A stretch of 55,227 nt of DNA, counting the filler, from Jimgerdemannia flammicorona (taxonomy: Eukaryota), in assembly GCA_003990765.1 (NCBI GenBank). It is 3 parts of 3 records of this genome, joined end to end, with 100 filler letters (N's around TTAATTAATTAA, not from the genome) between each part and the next. Parts side by side here need not be neighbours in the genome. Positions count along the whole stretch, not along the records: positions 36,892 to 55,227 come from RBNJ01002232.1; 2 more parts are not named here. One strand, given 5' to 3'. The position numbers and the translations under genes are program-made. The notes under the pieces are model-generated. The model ran no database searches. It was not told the origin of the DNA and saw only the letters and a program-made list of their open reading frames with translations. Below are positions 36,792 through 48,568 of the stretch, piece after piece; within the stretch, counting starts at the first letter, position 1; every line of letters starts with the position of its first letter.

Positions 36792-36891
36792 NNNNNNNNN
36801 NNNNNNNNNNNNNNNNNNNNNNNNNNNNNNNNNNNTTAATTAATTAANNNNNNNNNNNNNNNNNNNNNNNNNNNNNNNNNNNNNNNNNNNN
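36792..36891. other. Artificial contig linker
   Basis: 44 N + TTAATTAATTAA + 44 N. Confidence 0.97.
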
Positions 36892-38087
36892 CTTTTTTTT
36901 TTTTTTTGTTTTTTGTTTTGTTTTGATCTCGATAGCTAGGGGGATAAACTAGAACTGGTATGTCGGCCGCTTAATTTATTACGTGCTCTGATTCTCTGGT
37001 AAACGTGGAAAATCTACTAATTTATTTTCTCTCTGCAAGGTGTGTGTGTCTACGGTATTATTTATTCTGGGAAGCCACGGGCAGTGCATTTTCTTGGTAA
37101 ATGGAATCAACAATATGATTCCCCGCTATAAATTCCATTGATAAATGCAACTTGACCCACAAAGAAAAGCCCTTGGGTCGTAAAGGTTTCCCTTTCATTC
37201 AAATTCCTTGTCCCTTGCTATGCTGCTTCCAATCTTTTGTTAATAATTTTATCACCTGGGTTCTCTCGCTTGCAACTTGACTTCGCGTTGCTGGACAAAA
37301 TACTCAACCCTCCAAACCGCAATACTCACTTTTCTCGCGTCGTGGAATCTCCCTTTATTGACGGATAAGAATACGTTATGCGTCTTCGTCATGGTATTCA
37401 TGTGTGATCTTTCCGAAAGGATTATAGAAAACACTTGAACAAGTTCATTGGACTTCACTCAGGAGAGATATATATGTCAGCTTTGTTCGGACTGAAACAA
37501 ATACAAATGATCTTTATTTCGGTAATGCGACGCATTTAGTATAACAGAATACTGATTTTATGATATCGAGTGAGCACTGTAGGTAGCATAGGCCAGAACG
37601 ATGCTGTAAATAATACGGAATTATCATTATTTGTATTAAATTCTGAAACTCTTGCGAGGTCCCAAAGATGCACGTTCGTACAGCACAGTTTGTATGCGCA
37701 CAAACGTCGTTAACTCTAACGGTCAGTTCGAGACAACACCGCCTCCATCCCTGCCAGGGAAGCATGCATCGTCAGATCTTTCTGATATTTAGTTTTCAAT
37801 TGTTACCAAGTGGATGAGACGTTAAACTGTTCAGCTACTCGCGCATTTTAGAGAATAGGCACCAAAATGTCAAGTGTGGCCGCAGCATTTTAGAGTTCGG
37901 TACTTTAACGACCAAGCAACCTGTGAAAGACTGCCGGTTTTTTTAAGATTCCCCTCAACTCCTTCTATTCACAAAACCGCCGTTTCCATGGTTACTTAAT
38001 ATACGATGGCACACGGAACGGACCCTCTCCCTCCTGTTCGGAGGAAGGAAGGCGTTTACAAATCACTAGACTGGTGGACACGCAAAG

Positions 38088-38950
38088 GTGATTGTTAAAA
38101 GAACCTGGACACTGTACCGTGTTCGTACTTTTTTTTTTTCTGGTGCGCTCTATCGCCAGCAAGCCACCACGTCGCTCGGCCACAAACTGATTGTCACGTC
38201 TGTTTCTGTCGCTCGTTCAAGTCGTGCTATCCTGCGTTTTGTCGATCGAACCATCCCGGGGTTGGTCTTGTGCATGAGAAGGGGGCCATACTCGTGAAAG
38301 GGTGAACCCCTAGCCACCGTGATGGTCATGGCCACAACAGGCTATGTATATACGTCATTGCAGCCAAGAGGCTTGTCGCCGAACCTGGTGGTAACTGGTT
38401 GGTTTTGTGGCAATTACATGATGACTATGGTTGTTTGTCTGTTAAAATGGCATCACTCCACCTGGGACACCCGTAAGTTCAATTTGTAGCAGTTAAATCA
38501 ACCACAGCAGTTCGCCAAACTACCACCAACCTAGTCAGCATGGGCCTTACACCAGTAATCGATTGAATTCCTCCCTGCATCTTGATGTCGAAGATATGGG
38601 ATGCTCATTCATAAATTCAAGGACAAACCGGAGCTGCTCCAGGCCATACCGAAGGACACAAGTTGTTATTTCACAATGCCAGCATCCTCCATCACGACGT
38701 TCGCTGAGAAATATACCCTGTCAGAGGGGTGTTTATCGAACTCGACTATGCAATTCCCAGAAATAGATTGCAGGCCGAGAGCGCAAACCGTACTGGGACA
38801 GGGCCGTTCATGGCCATCAAAGTTCTCGAAGAGAAGGTACAAGCAATCCGACTCTACGTCTTGCTCTGGATATATGTATTTGGAATTCGATGGGCCCCAT
38901 GAAATGCAACGTTGCGAGGATGATCTGGAGAATCTCTTACAGAGTGTTTG
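38088..38950 (+). pseudogene. Fungal-type protein kinase (FunK1 / Pkinase_fungal) pseudogene
   Basis: One frame from 38651 reads EGHKLLFHNASILHHDVR*...GVFIELDYAI...RTGTGPFMAIKVL...LYVLLWI, preceded in another frame by HKFKDKPELLQA. These match FunK1 motifs (F.S..ELL.A, GH..L...GILHRDIS, LIDLD.A, RTGT..FMA..L, YVLLWI). Stop, frameshifts and deletions; 5' boundary uncertain. Confidence 0.75.
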
Positions 38951-39724
38951 ATATGGTTAGGGAAATCACGAATTCTGAGTTATGATGACGTACTGTAGGT
39001 GTTGATGTGTTCGTGAATATGGTGTGGAGCCGCGGAATTCAAGGGAGGGAGTGTATGTGATACCTGTATATGTTTCCGAATAAACATTACGAACTTACGC
39101 TCCCATACCCAGTTATTGAATAAGATACTAAATTTCGTTTATTTGGGGATTTTTGGTGTATACCGAGAGATTAGCCAGACCTAGGGAGTATGCTAAGAAA
39201 TTTTTTTCCCGCAGATCCCAGTGCGGCAATCGGTGCCATGAACTTGTCTGGCACCAAGGGGCATGCATGGGACTATTTCTGGATGCAAGGCCATACGAGT
39301 ATACGAGCTTGGTCCTTGGTTCATCGCTCAGCACCGTCTTGATAAATCGGCCTAACAAAACTCAACGACAACTATTCCTATCCCGCGATCATCCATGCTT
39401 GCCCGATGGATTTCCCAGATACATATCAAAAACCAAGACATGCGTTTGTGTTTCCGCTCTCGAACTAAGTAACTAAGTAGAAACCTTCAGACGACTGAAA
39501 CTAAAAGTTGGAATTTGTGTCCGCTGCACCAAACAGACGCACGGTGTGTCTTGCTCACTCGACTCGGGCCATCGGAAACACAAAGTGGCCCAGACCCGAG
39601 ATTCTGGAACACGTCCCAAGACATCGGGCCGCCAACTGCGCAAATGTTTCAGTCGACGTCATGCGAACTAACTTTTCTTCTGATCAGAACCTCGCAATCC
39701 TCTCCCACAACCCACACCCGCACC

Positions 39725-41817
39725 ATGAACTTCCGTTTCTCCAGCCCGCTTGTCCAAGTCATCATCGTCGGTCTCGTCTGCTTCTGCTGTCCGGGCATGT
39801 TTAACGCCCTCAACGGTACCCCTATCTCCCCTTTCTTTTTTTTTTCATCGTCACGTCCGTACTGCATCCCCTAACATCTATCAACCATCCCACGTGTAAA
39901 ATCAAACAGGTCTCGGGGCCGGCGGTCGGATCGGTGCCGACGTCTCGCTGGTCGACAAGGCCAACTCTGCGCTGTACAGCTGTTTTGCTATCATAGGGTT
40001 CTTCGCGGGATCGGTCAACAACATCTTGGGCTTTAAGCTTACGCTCTTCGTATGTGGTCTGCTCTTCTCTTTTCTCTCGTGCTGATCTGCCTCTCAGTTC
40101 ACAGGTCCCGCAAACTTAGCTTTATATATCAACACCTATAACCTCCCTTTTTTTCTTGCTTCCGCATATTGTCGGTCCCCGCATCTTCTCTCACAGTTTG
40201 GCACGATCGGCTACGTTGTCTACGCCGGATCTCTTTGGTCCTACGACCGCAACCAGAACGATGCCTTCGTGATCGCGGCCGGGGCGCTTCTCGGGGCATC
40301 CGCAGGTTTACTGTGGACCGCGCAGGGCTGTGTGATGATGTCGTACCCGGAGGAGAAGGACAAGGGGAAATATGTATCGATCTTCTGGGCCATCTTCAAT
40401 GTGAGGAATCCGAATTTTCTGAGCGAGTATGCGTTTGATGCGGTCCAGAAGATTGGACATAGTTCGAATTTCTAATCCGTCCACATCCTCCTGTTCATTC
40501 AGCTCGGAGCCGTCCTTGGCTCCATCATCCCCCTAGCCCTCAACATCGAGAACAAAAGCAGCGGTGGTGTCAGCGACGGTACCTTTTTTTTTTTTTTTTT
40601 TTTTCTCCATCTCTCTACCTCGACCCAGTCACACCTAATTCCCCTTCCAATCCCCAGGCACCTACATCGCCTTCATGATCATCATGATGTTCGGAATTCT
40701 TTTAATCCTTCTTCTGAAGCCGCCAAACAAAGTGACGCGCGATGACGGGACGCCTGTGACACTCGTGGTGTCGACGGACTGGCGGTCAGAGCTGAAAAGC
40801 ATTGTGCTACTGTTGGGCAATTGGCGCATGGTGTTGCTAATACCCATGTTCCTAGGGTCGAACTGGTTTTACGCCTACCAGTTCGGCATCAATGCAATTT
40901 ACTTTGACGTGCCCACCAGGGCGTTGAACGGGACCATGTACTGGTGGGTCTTCCACGTCGTGCTCAGACCTCCCGCTTTTGGATTCCATCAATCACTCGA
41001 GTTTGCGCTCGGCAAGTCCCCCACCCCTACTGACCCAATGACGCTCACCGCATCAGGGCTGCCCAGATTTTCGGTTCAATTGCAATGGGCTGGTTCCTCG
41101 ACTCAAAGTTTCTGAACCGCCGCGGACGTGGTCTAGCGGGTCTGGCAATTATGGGCACGCTGTTCTGCGGCGTGTGGGCTGGCGGGCTAGCGTTTCAACT
41201 TGGGTTCGAACGCGGCGAGAACCTCGGGGTCGGCTGGTCGGACCCGCGATTCCCCGGACCGTTCGTACTGTACTTCAGCTACGGCATGATGGACTCTATC
41301 TACCAGGTACGGGATTCGGCTTGTGTTCGTCTGATAGTGCGTTAATCCTGATCTTTCGCTCTCTTTGCGCCCGCCCACCTCGTATACCAATCTCAGACTT
41401 ACTGCTACTGGCTCATGGGCGCCCTAACCAACGACGCGGCCGCCCTCAGTACGTAATCTTCCCCTCCCATTAATATTCCATCCTTCCCTTCATCCACCTT
41501 TAACGCTCAAACCTCCCTATCCAGGCCGCTACGCCGGCTTTTACAAAGGCATCCAATCGGCTGGAGGAGCGTTCAGCTTTGCGATCGATTCAGTCTCGAC
41601 ACCGCTGGTGATCGAGCTGGCGATCTCGTGGGGTCTCTTAGGGTTGAGTGTGCCGTGCGCGTTCCTGGTGGCACGGACGGTAACGGAAACGAATTATGGG
41701 CGCGAGTCCGACGTGCCCGTGCCCGGGGACGTGGAGATGGAGGTGGGAAAGGCGAAGGCGGAGGAAGTACAGGCGAGCGGGAGTGTGGGGAAGGATAGAT
41801 CCGGACTGGCGGTGTGA
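39725..41817 (+). CDS. UNC93-like (DUF895) major facilitator superfamily membrane protein, 8 exons, 463 aa
   Basis: Exons 39725-39815, 39910-40049, 40197-40400, 40503-40578, 40658-40943, 41057-41306, 41397-41448, 41525-41817; all introns GT-AG; 1392 nt open frame. Motifs VCFCCPGMFNAL.GLGAGG, LLWTAQG..MMSYP, SNWFYAYQF, YWLMGALTND, RYAGFYKGIQSAG. Confidence 0.93.
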
Positions 41818-42169
41818 GGTGGTAGCGGTTTGCCTTAATATCGCGTACCTTCTCTGTGGTGTGGTGGCATCGTTCCTGTGCTATTTGCGTATTTATAATA
41901 ATGTCGGAATTTTGAAAGTCTGTACACATTCTTTGGTCTTCAGCTCTTACGCCTCTACCATTTAAACAACGTAGCGGCATTTGTATTGATGTCAATTTCA
42001 ATGAGAGCGATGGAAACTTGTCTCTGCCACAGCAACTTGTTCCGCGTGCTCGTATATGGGGCGTGCTGCAACAAAACCAGACAAAGTGAACATTGACGTC
42101 ACTCGGGAATTTATTTTCGCTGTAACTTTTTAATTCTTTTCCTTTTTCCTTTTTTCTTCACTATTTTAA

Positions 42170-45100
42170 TTTTAATTACTGAAACAACTAAGAGACAAAG
42201 TAGTGATCCACTGATTATCATTCAAAAAAACTCAGAGCTTTTAGTTTTTATTCTAATTGTTTATTTTTTATTTCTAAGATAGCAATGACAAAGTCTTGAT
42301 TTTGAGATCACTGACACTGGTTTCTAGATGATAAATATTTGGGGCTTTAATGTGTCTACTGGAAGCATAATTAGATAGAATATGAAAAAAAATTCCTTCA
42401 TTTTTTGTACTATAACTAGATTGGTATTAATAAAAATATCAAAATTTAGAGTATTTTCTTTTATTCATATCTATCTTAAAGGAAAATATTCATTATTTTC
42501 TTTAATAGTTAGAATGAATTGCAATTTATACTAAGGAAAATGACCAAAAGTTTAGAATTACTACTATTATTAAGATATCTCTCTTTACTCCTTTCTCTAC
42601 TACCTTATTAGTTATAAGGTTTGATAGGCAATCTTCTAAGTTTTCTTTCCTCTATTATTATCCCCTCTATCTCAAGTTAGTTTGCTATGTCTATATAGAC
42701 ATAGTGGGAGGAGGACAATGGTGATAAGTTGCTTCTTTATTGGTATCAGATCAGTGTCTTCTCCACTTTTTCATAGTTTCTAGTATCTTCTCTACTTTTT
42801 CATAGTTTCTAGTGTCTTCTCCACTTTTTCATAGTTTCTAGTGTCTCTGGCTGTGTCTGGAGTATACTCATTTTGGTGTGGCACCTTCTTCCTTTTGTCA
42901 TCATCAATAAGGTATCATCTTGGTATATCATAGACTGCATAGGATATTAACTAACCTTGGACATCAAGTGCCAGTATAGGTTATCTACAGATTATTCAGT
43001 ACCTATGATAGAGCTCTCTGAGCTTTGGTAAGCTTCTCAGCAAGTATAGTACTAGTATAGATGACTGCTTTTTGGATATTATTGGGATGGGAGGAGAGAT
43101 GGTCATTATAGATAGGAAGAAGAATAATTATGGTGAACCAGTAAGGTACTAGACTAAGAGTGGTCATTGGGGTTAAGGTAGATATTATCTTGATGAGGCT
43201 TTCCAATTGACTAGTAGAGAGTGGGATAGTGTAGGAGCTGGTATCCTGGCTATATCTAACTAGAATTAGGAGCTAATATAGCAATGTGATTGAGGCCCAC
43301 AGACTTGAGGAGTGGAACCTTTCTTATTTGGTAGTATCTGATTGAAACTGGAAGCTGATACAGTAATGTAATTAAAGCCCACAGACTTAGAGAGTAAGAG
43401 TGGAGTCATTTCTGACCCTAACTCATATGTAAGTTTTTTTGGAGAGATTTCTGTATATAAGTTCTTTACTCACCTGCTTTGAATCTATCTTGCTTTCTAT
43501 TGATTAGTTAGAGAGTTTTTCTTTATCTCAGGCTTTTTTTTGAAGTTTGGGGGGCTATTCTTTATTCAGTCTTGATACTACTAGATCTAATATATAGGTG
43601 TACTCTTATATAATATAATGATCTAGCTCTGGTGAATAGACAAGTCTGGTCTATATCATGAGGATCAGCATAGCTAGTGTCTGACAGACATAGCTAGAGC
43701 AGTGAGACTACTGGACAATTTAGTAGCTTAGATTAATAGGGGGATAATATCTAGTGGATGGTAGAGGAGAGTTTTAGTCTATATAGTCTAGGTTTCTTTT
43801 TAATAAAAATCTATGAAACTATAAGTCTATTAAAAAAAAAAAAAAAAAAAAAAAATCTCTCTTTTATAATAGTAGTTAAAGCTAATAGCAATTCTTTAGC
43901 TATAAAAAGAGAAGAAGTATAAAAATAAAAATTAGATTGATCAATTTTAATCTTTTCTTAATTATATTGACTTTATATTTATTATCTTATTTTATCACTC
44001 TTATCAATATAGGAATAATCTTATTACTTTTGGTTATTATTTATTTTATTTTTGAAACTCAAAGTAAAGCTATCAGAGTTATAAAGTATAATTTCTACTT
44101 TATTTCAAAATCTTTTAAAATAATTCTTAAAAGATATTTTTTTATATTTTTCTTCTCAAAAAAGAAATAGTTTGGAAGATATCAAATGTTTATCTCAATT
44201 ATAAATAATATTTAGCTTTCTCTCTTTAACTTTTGTCTATACTTAATAAAGTATAGAGAGACTCAATATAATTTTGAAAATTCATATTTCTATAACTTTA
44301 ATAATATAAATAATTTTATTTATTAAGAGTATAAACTAGATTGGTTTTGGATAAGTGATATTTTTGAATTTTTCTAAATAAAGGAATAAATATCATAATA
44401 AAGATATTTTTGATGTTTTAATTTTATAAGAGGAGATATTAGTACTTAAAATAATAAAGTCTTGATTTTTTCTCTAACTTTTGAAGTCTCAGATTTACTA
44501 CTTTTTAATAGTTTGAATTTTTAAAATAAACTATTTATAACTTCTTGAGTTTTGATTATATTAGAATTAGAATTAATAAAAAGAAGATATTGAAATCCTT
44601 TACTATTATTATAATATTAATCTAGTGATACTAGATCTTTTTATTATATTTATAATATAATCTATATAATCTACTATAATTTTATAATAAAGCCTTTTAA
44701 TTAAATCAAAACTATTATTATATATAAATTTAGTATAGTTTGAAACTATGAGGTTCAATTTAATACTTTTATAATAACTATAAATTACTAAATATATATA
44801 AAACTAAAGAGTGATATTATTTTTATTTTGTCTATCTATATTATTATAAATGATTTTCAAATACTTTTCTTTTTTATTTAGTTTATTTTATTTTATTAAA
44901 GATCAAACTAAATATACTATTAAGACTATTTTTAAATAGGTTATTCTCATTCAGTATATAATTAATTTACTCATAAACTACTTTATCAATATTAAACAAG
45001 TATATCTTATAAGTACTAAAATAATATATCTTATTGATCTATTGATCTAAATAAGATATATAAGTATTTTGAGCTTAGTTATAACTATAATAAGCTATAA

Positions 45101-45190
45101 TATTAATCCTACAATATTGAGCCCTAGTATTTGTTAATAAATCTTAACTGATATATAACTTAGCTTTGACTAAATAATCTTTATATATAT
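42170..45190. other. AT-rich, CpG-free relic sequence (unclassifiable decayed transposons); the same target sequence probably continues at 54413-54915
   Basis: Abrupt compositional switch after the host gene; no confidently readable motif. Confidence 0.45.
42754..42846. repeat. 29-bp tandem repeat, 3.2 copies
   Basis: GTGTCTTCTCCACTTTTTCATAGTTTCTA at 42754, 42783 and 42812; no spacers. Confidence 0.9.
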
Positions 45191-46738
45191 TATTACATAG
45201 TGATCACTGAGTCCTTCAAATATGTCAGATTCTCTTCAAGATGTATCTCTTAGACTAACTCAAGTTTGTTATAAGCAAGTTCTTATTGGAGTACTCTCCT
45301 GAGATCTTATAGTCCTCAAACTTCTTATCTTTAAACTGTCTTGTTATTTTTTTAGATTGCTTATAAGGAATTATATATATTATACTAAAAGGAAGTAACT
45401 TTATTTCAAAGGAAATAAGTGGAGTATTTATACAAAATATAATTCAATAGTTGCTAAAATATAAAGCTAAATATAAATTCCAATAATCAAATAAAATACT
45501 GGAATACAGAAAACTGCCAAGTTCCAGTATTGATACAGATAGTTGCATAGATTTAGGATACTGATATAATTTCGGTAATATAGAAAAAGGGTACTGGAAT
45601 AATTCTGAGTCACATAAGATTAGAATATCAGTAGAGGAATAGCTGTTATACAGGAAAAGAATATTAGCATAATTCAGTATAACTAAGGGACTTAGAGCAG
45701 AATATTCAAGACTATGGGGGCTTCATCTTTATCAGAGGTCAGGTGTCTTTGAAGGAGATGAGATCAGTTTCATTATGCATTTCACATATATCATGTGAGA
45801 TGATATCATTATTGATGATATTATCATGTTCAGCAGTAGGGAAATCAGAGGCTCTCCAATCTATGAGGTTCTCTTCCACAAAATAGAGAACAAATGTGGG
45901 TCTTGGAGAGGTCTGACCTGGATACTGAGGCCTTGGAATGCAGAGATCAATCCTTACAGGAATTGATCTGGGTTGTTCTGAAGGATGGGATACCAGAACT
46001 CTTATATCTTATTACTATTAAGAGTGATAGTAGACTGGGCTTCTGTTACTACCCTGACTTCTAGTATATTGATATGGTGGGCTGACAGATCTCTGAAGTC
46101 TATAACTCTAGTATACTCCAAGTTGGAGATTGACTATAGTATATGCCTGAAGATCTGATAAATCTTTTTAGCTATCCTTATTTCATATATATCCATGGAA
46201 GTGATATCTTATAACTCTTGAGGGCAGGCCTGTGGAAACTTCTGGTAGAGAAGGTTTCTTATTTAATACTTCTGCTATATTTGGAGGCATTTGGTAGTAA
46301 TAGTAATTCTTGTTTCTATTTTATGGCAGTAGAGAATAAAGTAATAAGGATATCTGGTACCCAGGTTGAGACTAGGAGTTTTTCTTATATAGGTTCTCAT
46401 AGCTCTTCTGATGTCTTAGAATATCTTTTCTTCAACTGAGAAATCTTAGTAGTTTCTTGACCTTGAGGTTTGGCAAGCAATAGGCATTTTGTTTGTAGTA
46501 AGTCTTTGAGCTATTTTGGAATTAGTAGGTCTTATTGAGTTACTGCTACTGTGGTTCCTTGATCCTTCTTTTATATTTCTCAAGATACATGTACTGTGGT
46601 CACAATGACTCACAGTTGATCATTATTACTCATCTCATAGCCTGGGTGAGTCATGCCATATAATCTCCTTCTGATCTGATGGCTTATAAGAAAGGCTGTC
46701 TCCTGTGCTTATGTCATCATTCTGAGGTCACTGTTACA
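45191..46738 (-). repeat. 3' LTR of Gypsy C
   Basis: Direct repeat of 52865-54412 with the same length; starts TGTAAC on the minus strand right after the PPT. Confidence 0.95.
45742..46487 (-). pseudogene. LTR-encoded ORF of unknown function (~250 codons), 3' LTR copy
   Basis: TATAAAAG at 46575-46568, ATG at 46487, ~155 codons without frameshift, then a further ~85 stop-free codons after a 1-nt shift; most stops are sense codons in the other LTR. Confidence 0.65.
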
Positions 46739-46748
46739 TCTTCCTCCT
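46739..46748 (-). promoter_or_regulatory. Polypurine tract
   Basis: AGGAGGAAGA directly abutting the 3' LTR. Confidence 0.8.
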
Positions 46749-48144
46749 GAATAAGGATCTTCTTGAATATTATTATTCATTGGTCCAGTCCTGAAAAATT
46801 TGCTGATTCCATAACCTCTAGCAGGGAGTCAAAAAGTAGTATTTATGGACTGATATCTTCCCTATGTATTTTGGTATAATGGTGAAGGGTCACTTCCTTC
46901 ATATAGAGTAAGGGCCTGATTCTGATCTTGACTAATCAGTTGATGGTTCAAACTTCTTTGGCTTCAAAAGTCTTATAGATGAGTAGTTGCTGGTGCTATA
47001 TCCCTTAGAGAATGGTTTAGATAGATTGCCTGCTAGTCATGAGACATGCTGTTATAATTCACAGACTAGAACCTCACAGGCAGTCATTATATTTTACTTC
47101 TCTTATATAGGTTCATAGTACTTCTTGAGTCTGTTCCTGTATACTATAGTAAGCAGTATAGTCCCTGAGAGTTTTCTAAGCCAGAAGATAGTTTTCTTGA
47201 TATCTTATATATAGAAGAGTCTTTCTCATTTGGGCTCCTGTTTTCATGACCATGAGACTTCTACTATATTTTGATACAGTAGGACCTTTTCTCTAATTTG
47301 GATAGATTTTAAGGTCTTGTAATTCTTTTCTGCATTCTTCCTCATCAGTACTTGTGACTTGATGATATAATATTCAGCCTTCTTTCTAATTTGGTATAGT
47401 CTCTGGATTTCTGAGTCAATCTATCTCCAAGTTAGGTCTAGATTTATGGCTGAGGTTCTATTGGAATCTTCTTCTCTGAAGAGCAGTTCTTTTGGAGTAA
47501 AGTATATACTCTATGACCATATATCTCATAGGACAGAGAGAGCAGTTGGAAGGTAGTTATCCCAATTTTCATATATGTCTGAGATCTTCACCAGAATATT
47601 CTTGAGAGTCTTATTGGTTCTCTCTGTCTGTCCATTTCCTTGAGAGTGGTACACAGTGGTCTTGATGTGCTGGATCTTATATTTCTGATATATTATCTCA
47701 TAGAATCTATTGACAAATTCTGTGCCATAGTCTGTGGTGATTTGCTTTGGTGTCTTGTAGTGGCAGATGATTTCTCAATATAGGAAGTCAGCTATAGAGA
47801 GGGTATTGGCTTCTTGTAATGCTTCTGCTTCTATCCATTTGGTAAAGAAGTCTATAATAACTATAATATAGTGGTTTCCTGATAGTGTTACTAGTAGTGG
47901 CCCAATGATATCCATTGTAATGTGGTGGAAGGAGATAGGCTCAATTCTTAATGACCCAGATGCCTGATCTTACTGATCTTGTTTCTGTTTTTGGCACTTA
48001 TTACACTCTTTGACAAATTGATACAGGTCTTTTTCTATCTTGGGCCACTATATGGTTCTTCTTACTTTTTTGTATATGTTGGTTCCTCCTAGGTATCCTT
48101 GTTTGTGTACTTTCTTCATTACTTGATACTTCTTATATTTGGAT

Positions 48145-48568
48145 TAGTGCTCCTAAATGAGTCGAATCAATTCGAATCAAATCGAATTGAGGGTTAAACG
48201 AGTCGAATCGAATTGGGGATTTTTCAATTCGAATCAATTCAAATTGAATCAAAAGTTGAATCAAATTGAGGATCTGATTCAAACCCTAATTTTCAAAATG
48301 CAATAACTCAGCATAAACTCATCCAAATCTAACGTACTTTAGCTTGTTAGAATCACATTAATACAGTGAATCTAACAAGCTAATATATATTAAATTTGGA
48401 TGAGTTTTCGTCGAGTTATTACATTTTGAAAATTAAGGTTCGAATCGAACTTCAAATCAAATCAGACCTTTGATTCGATTTGAATCGAATTGAATTGGAC
48501 CCTTGATTCAATCGAATCGAATTGAGTTTGGGCCAAATTTGATTTGATTCGATTCATTGGGAGCACTA
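48145..48568. mobile_element. hAT-type MITE (424 bp), almost entirely palindromic
   Basis: TIRs TAGTGCTCC...GGAGCACTA; exact 8-bp TSD ATTTGGAT (48137-48144, 48569-48576); subterminal GAATC/TCGAA repeats; internal inverted repeat. Confidence 0.95.

Noticed and set aside
38601..38951. 116-aa ORF as an intact gene
   Set aside because: Only its ends are in the kinase frame; the kinase motifs lie in another frame with a stop, so it is a frameshifted pseudogene.
39128..39874. Several short ORFs upstream of and overlapping the transporter
   Set aside because: No motifs; they are promoter or 5' UTR sequence or alternative frames of exon 1.
42754..42846. 29-bp direct repeats as a CRISPR array
   Set aside because: Units are contiguous with no spacers, there are no cas genes, and the context is eukaryotic.
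42850..43760. Possible C-terminal fragment of a second non-LTR family on the minus strand
   Set aside because: It has a coding-like texture but no diagnostic motif survives, so it was left unclassified.
43937..44170. Hydrophobic 77-aa ORF resembling a membrane or mitochondrial protein
   Set aside because: Ile/Leu/Phe/Tyr richness is expected from extremely AT-rich decayed DNA; no recognisable motif.
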